Notes: generated from the letters alone by a model not told the origin. 63,802 nucleotides of DNA, filler included, from Lenisia limosa (GCA_001655205.1; 16 parts of 16 records of this genome joined end to end with filler, not necessarily neighbours in it); one strand, 5' to 3'; positions 51,388 to 63,684 are shown, counted from the whole stretch's first letter. Numbers and translations: made by a program.

Positions 51388-51620
51388 NNNNNNNNNNNNN
51401 NNNNNNNNNNNNNNNNNNNNNNNNNNNNNNNTTAATTAATTAANNNNNNNNNNNNNNNNNNNNNNNNNNNNNNNNNNNNNNNNNNNNTGGGGGCTGATAA
51501 ATTCGGGGTACTTGGATGGAGATTATTGTTTTTGTCATGGAATTAGTTGCAGGCATATTGCACATATCTTCAAGAGAGATGGGTTTCTATTCGGTTTGAA
51601 AGCCACCTTACCCGGTTTAG

Positions 51621-53130
51621 GATTCCTGGATTCCTGCGCGCGCATCAACGTGGCGCTGACGCGAGCCAAACACCACCTTCTCATTGTTGGTAGAAGTGCC
51701 ACTCTTGCCACCAACTCTACCTGGGAGTTTGTGGGGATGGGTCTTTCCACCAACGCTACCTGGGAGTTTGTGGGGATGGGTCTTCCACCAACTCTACCTG
51801 GGAGTTTGTGGGGATGGGTCTTTCGGCCAACTCTCTACATTTATTGAATCTCATATCAGAATATTGTATTATCTTGTTTTCTAATCATATAATAGTCTTG
51901 ATACCTTGTGTATACCTCATCTTTGAGTAGATCCTTTCTCCTGTTAATCAACCCCAGGACAATTGTGCAATCATGCCAAGACCTCCGCAGCATTGTACCA
52001 GCCGAAAGCATCAAGGCCCGCCCTGTCACTCTCCTGCAATACAGCCTACCTCAACCGTGCCCTCTTGTTGACTCAATAAAAGAAGAAGAAGTGAGTGAAA
52101 CTTCCTCACATTTTCCTAAAAAAACGAAAGGAACTAACATGTTTGGAAGGACATTTTTACAATAAAATGACATCAAGAATCTCTCCCCTTTGGGGTGACC
52201 ACCCCCCCCCCCCCNNNNNNNNNNNNNNNNNNNNNNNNNNNNNNNNNNNNNNNNNNNNNNNNNNNNNNNNNNNNNNNNNNNNNNNNNNNNNNNNNNNNNN
52301 NNNNNNNNNNNNNNNNNNNNNNNNNNNNNNNNNNNNNNNNNNNNNNNNNNNNNNNNNNNNNNNNNNNNNNNNNNNNNNNNNNNNNNNNNNNNNNNTACCA
52401 ACAACTCAGTGTAGGCTTCAAGAAAGCTGTGAACCTTACATATTTGAGGATATAGAAATGTCCGAACCTTCCTAGGCAATGAATGAGCTCATAACTAAAA
52501 ACACAACGCTTCACGCATGATTACATTTACACACTACCTTTGACAGGGTTAGCGAAGAAGACGTCCCCTCAAGTCCTGACGTGTTTCGTTCGAATTCCCG
52601 AGAGCCGTCACCATCCCTTGTTGGCGGGTGGACGACTGAAAGCGGCTGNNNNNNNNNNNNNNNNNNNNNNNNNNNNNNNNNNNNNNNNNNNNNNNNNNNN
52701 NNNNNNNNNNNNNNNNNNNNNNNNNNNNNNNNNNNNNNNNNNNNNNNNNATTTTTTTCTGCTTAATTTTTTTTTGTTCGTCATCAAATATCAGCCTCCTA
52801 AATGTTCAGAGTAAATCCTCTCTAACTCCACCTCTGTCGCTGTCCCCTCCGCCTTCTCTCTCCCCACCCAAATCCCTCAGGTAGGCGTGTTAGTGTTGTG
52901 ACGAGTCTTATCTTAGTTTCAATTAAGACTTACTGCAAGTGATTAGTTTCTTATCTTTCAGCCCTCGGGAGCAGGATGACTCTCAAGGAGACATTTTCCT
53001 CTCAATGACTGGTTGGGTGACACATATCTTTGGAATCAGAATAATCCAAGCCGCAATTAACACCTTAGGGGACGAGCCAAGTGGCTCCCTTGACGATGAT
53101 GATGACCTGTTCGGCATCTTTTCTGACTAG
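51621..53130 (+). CDS. Superfamily 1B (UPF1/DNA2/NAM7-like) helicase C-terminus, ZGRF1-like
   Basis: GFLDSCARINVALTRAKHHLLIVGRSATLATNSTWE|TIVQSC (motif VI), then an acidic/Ser-Pro-rich tail ending ...DDDDDLFGIFSD* at 53130. Confidence 0.85.
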
Positions 53131-53425
53131 TTTGTTTGTACATGTTGTGTAGTATCGTGTTGTTTTCCTTTCTCGGTTTCTTGCCCTGTAGATTATCCAT
53201 TATTTATTGTATTTTAATTTAAACAACTAACCAATGTCAAGTGGGAATTGGTTTATTATACTCCTCATTTCGATATGATTATCAAACTGTACACTGTCAG
53301 TATCTTTTTATTGAAAAATCATGAACACTTTGTATCCAACCTTTTACATGAAACATACAATACCATTTCCATAATACTACAACCATAAGTCTAAATGAGC
53401 TACTTCGCTGCTCGACCGATGAACG

Positions 53426-54478
53426 TTATCCTTGTGCTGTCAATGCGGTCCTTGAGGGCTTGGTAGCAAAACACTCCGACCTGCAAAGTGAACGATGGCC
53501 TACCCAGAAAACATGATGGTTAAATCTGCCTTCTCCATGTCGATAATATAAGCCAAAATTGTACTTTGAACAAACCACCTACCTGGTCACCCCCCTTTAA
53601 TGTTTCATCATGCTTTCCTCTAAAATGTAAACAGAAGGACTTTAGCATTCAGACATTTATAATATAAATTTTGCGTGAGCCACCCTTCCCCTCCCACGTT
53701 TCACCAGTCGCCAAGTGGAACATTTCATGCAGCACAGACGTCATGAATTCAAGGGAGTCTTTCTTCACTGGTTCGTCACCCTCAGTTTCAGCAGTCTCTT
53801 CATGAGCCTTCTTCTTATACTCCTCAACACTATGATGGTCAAAATACCCTACGTCACGTTTGCAAACAAACAAACACAGCCAGTTTGATAATATGATACA
53901 TGTTGCAGACATAATATGATTAGCAGAGAAAAAGATGTTAAGTAGAGTAATCTTCTGTGATAAGAAAAGTATCCTTAAAGAGTCCTTCTGTCTCTTACTC
54001 AATATGGCGTGCCCCCCTACGCCTCCACAGAGCGGACGGACTTGTCTGCTGCGGATTCGAGCGTGGGTTTGAGATGCTTCAGACCCTCTGCCGTGTTTTT
54101 GTTCTCCGGTAGAGCAGCTGAGATGTGAGAAGCGACAGACAAATACCGAAAAATATCACATATTCATGCTTTATCAAGAGCATTAGGAAAGGAAGCGGTT
54201 TTCCTACCGAGAGACTTGTCAACAATTTGCCACACTACGTTGTGGCTAAAGGCGTAAAGGGTGGGGGGAGGGAAGAAATCACTGATGAAACAAAGTGGTT
54301 CACCTGCCATATCGCACATCATCATATCACATCCACACCCCCCACTTGAGAGGAAGGAAGATGGCTGCGAAGGCAGGCACGAGGCTCAGGTCTTTTCCGT
54401 CCAAAAGGGCCAAAGAAAGTGCCAGGATGGCGAAGGCGTTCTCCTTGAAAAAGGCTATAGAAGTTGTGAGGCTAAAAT
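53426..54478 (-). CDS. Uncharacterised protein containing an HExxH motif
   Basis: Exon YFDHHSVEEYKKKAHEE...SLEFMTSVLHEMFHLATGET|WFVQSTILAYIIDMEKADLTIMFSG|SECFATKPSRTALTAQG*; upstream exons unresolved. Confidence 0.5.
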
Positions 54479-55394
54479 AAACAAAAATATGCGATAAAAA
54501 AAAGAAGTAGCTGTGAAAAAACACAGCAAGAGCAACGGGCAAAAAGACAATTATTTGTTCAAATTAATTGCCCTCTTACGTGTATCGAACCCAAGGGCTA
54601 GACCGCAGAGAACTTCCCCAAGTAAACCGCTGGAATATTAATGATAAATATTCTTCATAAGAAGAAGAGCCATACTGTTCGGTCATCGACTGTTTCCCTT
54701 GATTTCTAATGTATATACATACATATATATATCGATTTATATTTCTCTCGTTAAAAACAATCGTTTAACATGGTGATAGACGCACCCCTCACTTCGGATA
54801 CGGGTTGACTTGTCTCGATACTACAAGTTGGAAGAGAGAACGGCAGAACGACAGTCTTGGCGCGTCTAAGGGGTGACAGGTGGGGGNNNNNNNNNNNNNN
54901 NNNNNNNNNNNNNNNNNNNNNNNNNNNNNNTTAATTAATTAANNNNNNNNNNNNNNNNNNNNNNNNNNNNNNNNNNNNNNNNNNNNCAATGATGATTATT
55001 TCCCTTTTACTTCGCTCGCGCAAAATAAAAACAATGTCTCCGGTTTTTAGAGGTTTTTGACCCCATTTTCGCGGTTTTCGCTGAATTATATGTATTTTAC
55101 TTCTCTCTCTCTTTTTTTTATTTTATTTTTTCCGGCCACCTCATTTTTTACGGCTTTTTTGCGGGTTGTTTTTCACCTATTATCTCTCTCCTTGCATCTG
55201 TTTTATATTGCATGGTTACTATTGTGTTATACCAATAGAAAATGGGCTGAAAAAAGTGATAACTGTTGGTTCAGTCTGCGATATATGTATAATCGTAGTA
55301 GTGAAAAATTTTCGCGTCGCTGATTTTTGTCTTTGCGGGATTTGACCCTATGTTTGTGGATTTCGCGGGTTTTATCTGCGGGTCAAAAGGGCAG

Positions 55395-56256
55395 CTAGGT
55401 TAGGAATTTGAAAACCGCATAGATTTTGAAACCCCCAAACCGCCTAGGCAGACACAGTATCATATCGGACAGGGCCTCTGTCGGCGAAATGTCATCAACA
55501 CTCATGGGGAGGAACTTGGGCTTCTCTATAGTCTGACACGATACCAGCAGCATTGGACTTGGGTCTATGTCAGGATTGATGATGTATTGCCTATGAAGAT
55601 GAGGGTGTGTTGACATATGCCTTATAAACCGAAGATGAGTTGGGTGTTGACATGTGCCTTAATAAAGCGAAACAATACTCTGAAGTTGGACACCTTGCGA
55701 TCGCTTGGGATATTGTGAAATTACTGAGAAATTTGAAGTGGTAATATAAACTGTTAAAGCAAGAGATAAACATAATTATTATTGAGATAAGAGAACAAAA
55801 ATTATGATTTTCATAATGACCAAAATTGTAGTTATATTCTCGTAAAAAGGAATACAAATATGACGTCACCGAAAGTTAATATTCGGATATCCGTGACAAT
55901 TCTTTCCAACAGCAACCTGCTTTAAGGGGAGAAAATAAAAAAAATAGAGGCGTTATCTTCAAAGGGTCGAATACAAGAGTAATGTCCAATTTTTTTTTAA
56001 TAAGTAGAAACTTTAAGTGAGCGATTGATAAAATATAATTATAACTATTTTTAGCTTATTTTATATGCCTCCTCCAGAGTAAATAGATAAAAAAAATAAT
56101 AAAAAAAAATTTACTTTTTTAACAAAAAATAAAAAGCAATCGCACCCTTGGCTGGCAAAACCACGTACCTTGGAGGGGCGAGATTTGGGGTGTGCGGTTC
56201 GGGGAGGCCCACAGCCGCAAATGCCATTTTGAGGGCTTCAAAGCAGCGGACCAGGA
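55395..56256 (-). CDS. C-terminal part of an uncharacterised protein
   Basis: Four exons join in phase: LVRCFEALKMAFAAVGLPEPH...|RLLLERIVTDIRILTF|AIARCPTSE|QYIINPDIDPSPMLLVS...YAVFKFLT*. Confidence 0.45.
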
Positions 56257-56367
56257 NNNNNNNNNNNNNNNNNNNNNNNNNNNNNNNNNNNNNNNNNNNN
56301 TTAATTAATTAANNNNNNNNNNNNNNNNNNNNNNNNNNNNNNNNNNNNNNNNNNNNCATATTTTCAG

Positions 56368-58217
56368 TCAGTGTTATTGGCGTCTGTGGCACTGGTTCTG
56401 ATCTACATGACCACATTGAGTATGGGTCCCATTACCACTTCCTACCTCTACACTCGAGGTTTGTGGAGCTCTTGTTGGTTACTTATTTTCAATATAAAGG
56501 AGGGTGACTTTTTCGAATTAATACCATTTTTGGACAGAAGTGAGTCTTAAAATAATAGCTTTTGTGCCATTCTTTTATTACTTTACGTTTGTTCCATGCT
56601 CTTTTTTTGCTTAGTTATGGTGTGCGTTTTGTGTTATTGGTGGTGTGATAAAATACATCCTTTGTTCATCACATTACCTGTGAACCCCTCTCCCAGTCAC
56701 CACCTAGGTATTTCCCCCTTGACGCTCGCGTGCTTCAGAGCAATTGGGGTGAGTGGGGTGGAGAATTACAGTTTTTTGAACAACAATTTCTCAACTTCAT
56801 CTTTTTACTAATTCAACTCCTCTTTTATACCCTCTAGGCTGTTTGCGGAGTATTGGCGACTGTAGTCACACCTCCAATGATCGGCAAGATGGGACTCTTG
56901 AAAATGGTAGGGAGGAGTTGTTCTTATTATTTTGATATCTGGCTGAAACTTTCTCTCAAACTTATCAACAATTCATTTGATAGATCCATTTACTGTGTTT
57001 ATTATCAGGGTAACTACTCGCTTCTCGCTGAACTCGGAATGCTCTTCTTGGGCATGTTCCTTCTCGCTTTTGGGGGACAAGTTGGTTGGGGGTGGATGCA
57101 ATTTTCAACTTCTTTTTTATTCTTCTTCTTGTACATATATAGATGTACTTATCCTTTTAGTTCGGTGTTTGGGTGTTTATGATCTTCCTTGGCTTCTCAC
57201 GTGGGCCTCTGTGGTCGTTTGACCTCACGGAAAGGCAAATCATGCAGGTTTGTTTGCGGTGTGATTGTAGACTTTTTGTTTGGGCTGTTCAGTCAGAAGG
57301 ACCGAATTTCACTCAAAATAACTTGATAAACGTAATAACATGTCATATATCGATATGATGATGTCGGTAATATTTACATTATACATTTCAAACGAATCCG
57401 TAATTTTACCCATACAAGGAAAGAGTCACAGCTTCTGCACGTGGAGAGGTATCTTCTGTTGAGTCAGCCCTCTGCAATCTCATGGCCATGTAGGCATNNN
57501 NNNNNNNNNNNNNNNNNNNNNNNNNNNNNNNNNNNNNNNNNNNNNNNNNNNNNNNNNNNNNNNNNNNNNNNNNNNNNNNNNNNNNNNNNNNNNNNNNNNN
57601 NNNNNNNNNNNNNNNNNNNNNNNNNNNNTCAAGGGTTCCACCCGGAGATTAATTAACAATAATAGGTTGTCATTTGCGCTCTCTGCCGTTTTCCACAGAC
57701 CCGAGCAATTCCCAATCACGGGATGGATCTCTATCGTCTTTATCATATCTGCATGTAAGCGTCAGGGTTCACTTTTTATTCAGTAACTTTGACTCATTGT
57801 CCATATTCTTTGCTGCAACTATTAATGAGTGTAAAGTCAATTGACTTATTTCATAACAAAAAGCCACAGAATATGATTTTGGTGGTCCCTTCCTCTGCGG
57901 ATTCTCCTGACTTTCAGGCGTGGTGTTCTATCAATTCACAACACGGTCACCGTCATATGTCCCCGCACCAGAAGACGAAGATATGGTGCCGCCACTGCCA
58001 GGTATGGGCTCGGGAATTGCTCTTCATTTTGAGAATTGTATTTGAAGGGCGAGGGCCTTCACAAATCAACAAAGGCACCGTCCTTATCCAGAAACAACCA
58101 GGTAAATTCTAATACACCCCACTTTTAGTTCAACTGAACCCCGTGGAGCCCGGGCACTTTGACCTTGGGGACTCGGGAGCAATGTCGCCGCTCCCCGAGG
58201 ATGTGACATCTTTGTAA
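56368..58217 (+). CDS. SLC40A1: Ferroportin/IREG-family (SLC40) metal exporter, C-terminal half
   Basis: VLLASVALVLIYMTTLSMGPITTSYLYTRG|ISPLTLACFRAIG|AVCGVLAT...GKMGLLKM|G...; FSRGPLWSFDLTERQIMQ|ERVTASARGEVSSVESALC; FHRPEQFPITGWISIVF. These align with ferroportin [43 protein letters not shown] and APNPEAFG. Confidence 0.88.
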
Positions 58218-58337
58218 CCCCCCCCCCCTTTTTTTTANNNNNNNNNNNNNNNNNNNNNNNNNNNNNNNNNNNNNNNNNNNNTTAATTAATTAANNNNNNN
58301 NNNNNNNNNNNNNNNNNNNNNNNNNNNNNNNNNNNNN

Positions 58338-59191
58338 ATTCGGCAGCAACAACTTCCCCAGGCTTGATCGAAACAACGCGTTCACCCTGTTGAGTAAAAA
58401 AGTGAAGTATCTCAAAGCACTGATGTTTACTTGAATCCATGTAAAACTCTTTAACAAATGCAAAAAAGAGGAAGATAATGAAAAGCAAACCTTGTTAACA
58501 GGTACGATGTCGAATGAAGGAAGACCTTCTGTAACCGGTCCAATAGACGCGGTTTTGGTGATACAATTAGCTACAGTCGAAGCAAAAGAAGAACTCAACT
58601 GGCTTTGGGATAGAAGTACTCCTTTTACACAGCGCAGTGATAGACCGTCAGTTTCAAGGGGTTTCGAAGGCTTATTTCCTCTTGACCTGCTCTTCAACTG
58701 TTTTTCTGTTGGCCCGTTACTCTCCATTGGGACTTTGTTTTTCGTATTNNNNNNNNNNAGCTCCTTTCACTGTCGGTGACACCACTCTCATCATCCTGCT
58801 GTAATGCTTTGGAAACTCTTTGGCTGACTGATGTGGCGAGTGCAACTTCACGGGTAAGATTGGCCAAAGAAACCTTTTCACGATGTGCAGTGCGGAAGGT
58901 CACATGGCTGAGGGGAGTTGACTTGGTGGTGAATGTTGGGAAGGCAGGACCGGATTTATTAACAAAGGCAGATTTGAGAGGAGCTGTGAGATTGTCGGGC
59001 TGATACAGGGAACGAAGGAAGCTGGAAGTGACATCCGTCTCGCGGTATGTGGCCCCATGGTTGAAGACAGAGAGATTGATCAAACTTGGGTCATTGGTAC
59101 CGTTCCTTCTGAATCCAACTGCTAGCATGGACTTCTCAAGAGTTGCCGGGCTGACGCGATGCAATGCATTGCTGAGCATCTCTGTCAGCAT
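58338..59191 (-). CDS. Fragment of an uncharacterised protein
   Basis: A 165-codon ORF (58694-59191) and an adjoining ORF (58290-58727) have coding-like composition; no family recognised. Confidence 0.35.
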
Positions 59192-60969
59192 ATGATCTTT
59201 GAGGAAACTGGAATTGTTAAAGCAAAAATGTTTTTGTAAAACATAATGTCACATTGATAATATGATGAGAGAAAAATAAACACGCTCACGCAAAAGGGGA
59301 ATTGTTCTTCCATTCGGAGATCTTTCGCCTCATCTCAGTATTCACTACGGTGTGGTGGAATTGGTCACCAACCTAAGCTAGTATTAAAAAAAAACAGTAA
59401 AAATTAAGATGTCACATTATTAAACCATCAAACTTGGAGNNNNNNNNNNNNNNNNNNNNNNNNNNNNNNNNNNNNNNNNNNNNTTAATTAATTAANNNNN
59501 NNNNNNNNNNNNNNNNNNNNNNNNNNNNNNNNNNNNNNNCTTCTGCAGCACCACATCCCATCGTAAAACAAACGAAATTTCGATGAAGAAGTATTGGGTA
59601 AATTTCAAGTTGAATTCACACAATTTAGGGGCCCTACCAGCATAATATTGCTATTCCCATGTCATATATCATGTTGTTCACCAATCATGAAAAACATTAG
59701 CGGAGTAAAAAAGATGAATGATACATCAACATTCATTTCATACGGAATATCGTGCCATAAACGATGAAAAACACTTACAAAAACAATAGACCAAGAAAAC
59801 ACTTGCAAAACCCCCCCAAAAGACTGGTGAACTCGATATATTTCTCTTCGAGACAATCCATATAATTACAGCAAGACATAAACAACAAATTAGCACACAT
59901 AAGCGGACTAATAATCGATTCAAAACAATGTGCTTATGAGGGCCAACGGGGTAAAGAAAGAATCAATAATTTTCAACACAGGTATGTAAAGAAGAAGGAC
60001 CGATATATGGCATTGATGAACTCAGGACCGATGATATCCTCGCGTAGAAGGCAGAAGATAGGAATGGTTGAGGGAAGGATCAACAAAATGATTTAACCCT
60101 GAGAACCAAGCCAAACTCAGAGGTTAAGTAATATCTCCACAAATACCAACCTCGGGAGATCCTGGAGCAGGTGACGAAGAGTCTGTGGGATGCCCTGAAG
60201 AGTCAGTTTCGAAGTTCTTGGGAGATGTAACCAAATAAATAGCGGCGTTTGTGATTCATTACATTTATCCCATATAAATAAATACATCAACCCACCGCTA
60301 GCACCAGAGGGAGGCATCTTGTGAAAGAACTGTCTCTATCTCAATATTTAGTGATATTAATCTTCATATTTACTTTTAGATTTTATATTAATCAACATAT
60401 ATCACCTAACGATGCGATTATATGAGGGTTTGAGGATTTGGGAGTGCCGCTTCAATAATGCTCCGAGCCACCTTTCCGAGCCAGAAACGCCACGTTATTT
60501 CTGGCCGGACCCTAAAGCCATCTCCTTATCTCCTTTTATTTTCTTCTATCTATAATAATAAATATAATAATACCCAAGATAATCATTAAGCAAGCCACTC
60601 TTCTTGTGCTTTTGAAGAGGCCATAAAGATCTAGAAGATCTATTTTAGTATAAAATAAATTCTCGTTTCGCATACCGGTTTCTCACAGGTTAATTTTTAA
60701 GAGTCCCTTATTCAATTTGGTTGTAGAATTTAGTTTGGTAGTAGTTTTGAGGGATATAATCCTTAAATCTGTGAGGCACATCGTAATATATCCGACTTAG
60801 GCCTACTTTGGTGTGAAAGAGGCAGGTGGCTTCACTTTCCTAATTAGTATTCTTCTCTTTTGAAACCAAGGAGAGCTTTGGACGTCTAAAGGTCTGCTAA
60901 AGCCATTTGAGTCAGTCGTAATCTGAGAGCCATTCTGTTTATATTCCTTTTTTTTAAAAGTTTTCAATC

Positions 60970-61517
60970 ATGGCCCAAGGTAGAAGTAGAACTGCCATGC
61001 CAGAGCCACATAAGAAGAAGGTAACAGAGATCACCAGGCCAGGTGGACCTACTCTCGAGTATCCTTGGAGGAGTTTCGACGTCTGTGGCTCAACTTTTAT
61101 GGTTGATGCCCGTTATGAATGTCTTAAGCCTGTCGGAAGAGGAGCTTATGGGTAAGTTGTCTTTGTTTCCTGTTGCTCTTACTTTAAACAGTATCATCTG
61201 TGCTGCCCGTGATGTTAAATTTGCTCAAAAGGTCGCAATCAAAAAAATACCTAACGCATTTGACCGAGCAAGTGAGGCAACCCGCATTCTTCGCGAGGTC
61301 AAACTTCTCCGCCATTTCAGAGTATGAATTTGGGAGGAGAAGTAAATAAAAGAATCTGGGCAGAATTCTCCTTTTGGGTTTGTTTTTCATCTCCTTTTAG
61401 AACCATGACAACATCGTCTCCCTTAAGGACATCATGAAGCCCATCAACCTCCAAGACTTTGTTGACGTGTACTGGGTCACTGACTTGATGGAAACCGATC
61501 TTCATCAGATTATTAAG
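60970..61517 (+). CDS. MAP kinase (ERK-like) N-terminal lobe; downstream exons not found
   Basis: [19 protein letters not shown]|IICAARD...[31 protein letters not shown]|[14 protein letters not shown]...[18 protein letters not shown]. Confidence 0.88.
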
Positions 61518-62409
61518 GTTTGCGGGTTCCAAACTCCTTTTTTTTGTCCAATATGACACACAATTGACTGTTACGGTGTTTATTCGAATCAATAGGCATA
61601 TTGGAGTTGTCGCTAAGCACAATGTTCAGTGGAAAGAAACAATCAGAACTATAATATCCACTGCCCTCATCATATTTGTCATTTCTCACAGATTGAAGTA
61701 ATTCGGAAATACAGCCCATTATATCATGGGGGTGTTTAATTTCGATGATGAGATGATTGAGATGATTGAGATGACCCGACAATACCATTGTGCCGCGGCA
61801 TTAATTGGTTGGGCTTTTGTTTTGTTTTTCAGACCGTATTGTGTGTTTTCAGGCACAGCTTCACTTTTTGTTCTAAACTTGTAGAAATTATTGATGAATA
61901 TTCGTAAAATTTTCGTAAAATATAGACATTATATCCTTCTTAAGAACCAAAAAAGTAAACCACTTTCAAATGGTCAATAATGAAGTACCTTTCTAATATT
62001 TATAACTTAAGTTCCCATTCATCCCACCTATACCAAATCAAGCCATGACTTAGACACTTGTAAAAGGGAATATTTATAGATATTTCCTCAGAAGATCGAT
62101 CGATCTGTAATTGAAATATACATCATGAATATCCCCCACACNNNNNNNNNNNNNNNNNNNNNNNNNNNNNNNNNNNNNNNNNNNNTTAATTAATTAANNN
62201 NNNNNNNNNNNNNNNNNNNNNNNNNNNNNNNNNNNNNNNNNATTATTTTTGGGGTGTTGTGAAAGACTTGGTCCAAATATCAGTGGGATCCCAACGATCT
62301 TTCACTCAAACAAAAAAAAGATGAGGGAACCGAGTAAAATTGAAAAACTTATGTTACAAAGCAAAACTAAAAGCCCAAAACCAACTCCTAAATCACCCGC
62401 TCCCCTCAA

Positions 62410-63477
62410 TAGGACGCAAGAAGGTCTGCGCTCTCTTAACCGACCTGCAAAATTCGGCGTTCCCCCCCTCGCAACACCTCCAAGCCCTCGCTGATGGTAT
62501 GGTTCATTTTACTGTTGTTCTGATTATATGGTTTACTTTAATAGTCCTGATATAATCATAATCCAGTATCTCTTGTAATGGTGATGTGGACGGGGCTTAG
62601 GCCAGTTTGTTTGATTAATAATTTTCCATTTTCGTTGATGGATTTCCTCTCACCCCCCCCCCCCNNNNNNNNNNNNNNNNNNNNNNNNNNNNNNNNNNNN
62701 NNNNNNNNNNNNNNNNNNNNNNNNNNNNNNNNNNNNNNNNNNNNNNNNNNNNNNNNNNNNNNNNNNNNNNNNNNNTACAAAGTTATTTATTTTATTTCTT
62801 TTGACAGATTTGCACTTCTGATTTTGCTGAAACTTTTTTGATAGTGTGGGGACTTTTATTTGCACAGTATTATACTTTAAAAATTAATTAGGACCTTATT
62901 TGTTTGAACATCGGTTACTGGAGGTGTTATCACTGTTAGCACTTTTTAAGAGAAAAACTATTTTGTTGAAACAGGACTTCTTATTTATTTGGGGCTGTTA
63001 ACAGTTTGGTACTTTGTATGTACAGAAAAAGGCTTTTTTTATATAATTAGGATTTGTACCAACTTCACAAATGAGAATGCTGAATATGATACTCTTAATA
63101 GGTCCAAGCAAAACCAAATCTTCTATTTGTTTGAACTTGTTCATTGTTTAGGAGGAGGAACAGGGAGACCCCTTGAATCTCGCATTTTACGCACTCATTG
63201 CGGAAATTAACCCCTCCAGTGGGGTTATGATTACGGGCTTTTTTGTTGTTGTTGTTGTGACATAAGTTTTCGAATTTCAACCCCCCCCCCCNNNNNNNNN
63301 NNNNNNNNNNNNNNNNNNNNNNNNNNNNNNNNNNNNNNNNNNNNNNNNNNNNNNNNNNNNNNNNNNNNNNNNNNNNNNNNNNNNNNNNNTGTTTCATAAG
63401 TTTTCCAATTTTACCCCCCCCCCCCAGATTCAGCTCTTGGTGCATGGGGCCAAATTCTCTCAGACAAACCTGGACAA
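62410..63477 (+). CDS. Fragment of an uncharacterised alpha-helical (HEAT-like?) protein
   Basis: Short AG/GT-bounded exons GRKKVCALLTDLQNSAFPPSQHLQALAD, FALLILLKLFD, EEEQGDPLNLAFYALIAEINP and IQLLVHGAKFSQTNLDK. Confidence 0.35.
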
Positions 63478-63684
63478 GGTGGGCGGCTATGTGATTATGG
63501 GAGTGAGACAGGGTGGGAGCAGAGAAGAGAAATACATGGGGGTATATTATGGGTTCGCAGTGATGATAGAGGAATGCTTGGGGTGCGTGAAGGTCATAGA
63601 AAAAGGTGTGTACGTGGCGAGGGCTATTATTTGGATTGAAGGAAGGATGGGATGCGGTTCTTCCTTTGTTGGATATACGGCTTC

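Noticed and set aside
33074-51823. Short direct-repeat arrays (33074, 40796, 43114, 51708) as CRISPR arrays
   Set aside because: The units are head-to-tail with no unique spacers, the context is eukaryotic and there are no cas genes.
49430-55395. GGGTCAAAATGCGG tandem (49433-49468) and TTTGACCC/GGGTCAAAA inverted motif (55340-55390) as DNA-transposon termini
   Set aside because: The matches are too short and cut by contig ends to define an element.
19898-62197. Identical TTAATTAATTAA motif recurring 15 times, which could look like a regulatory or repeat system
   Set aside because: It always sits in the centre of a fixed 100-nt N block and gives stops in all six frames, so it is a concatenation linker and not biology.
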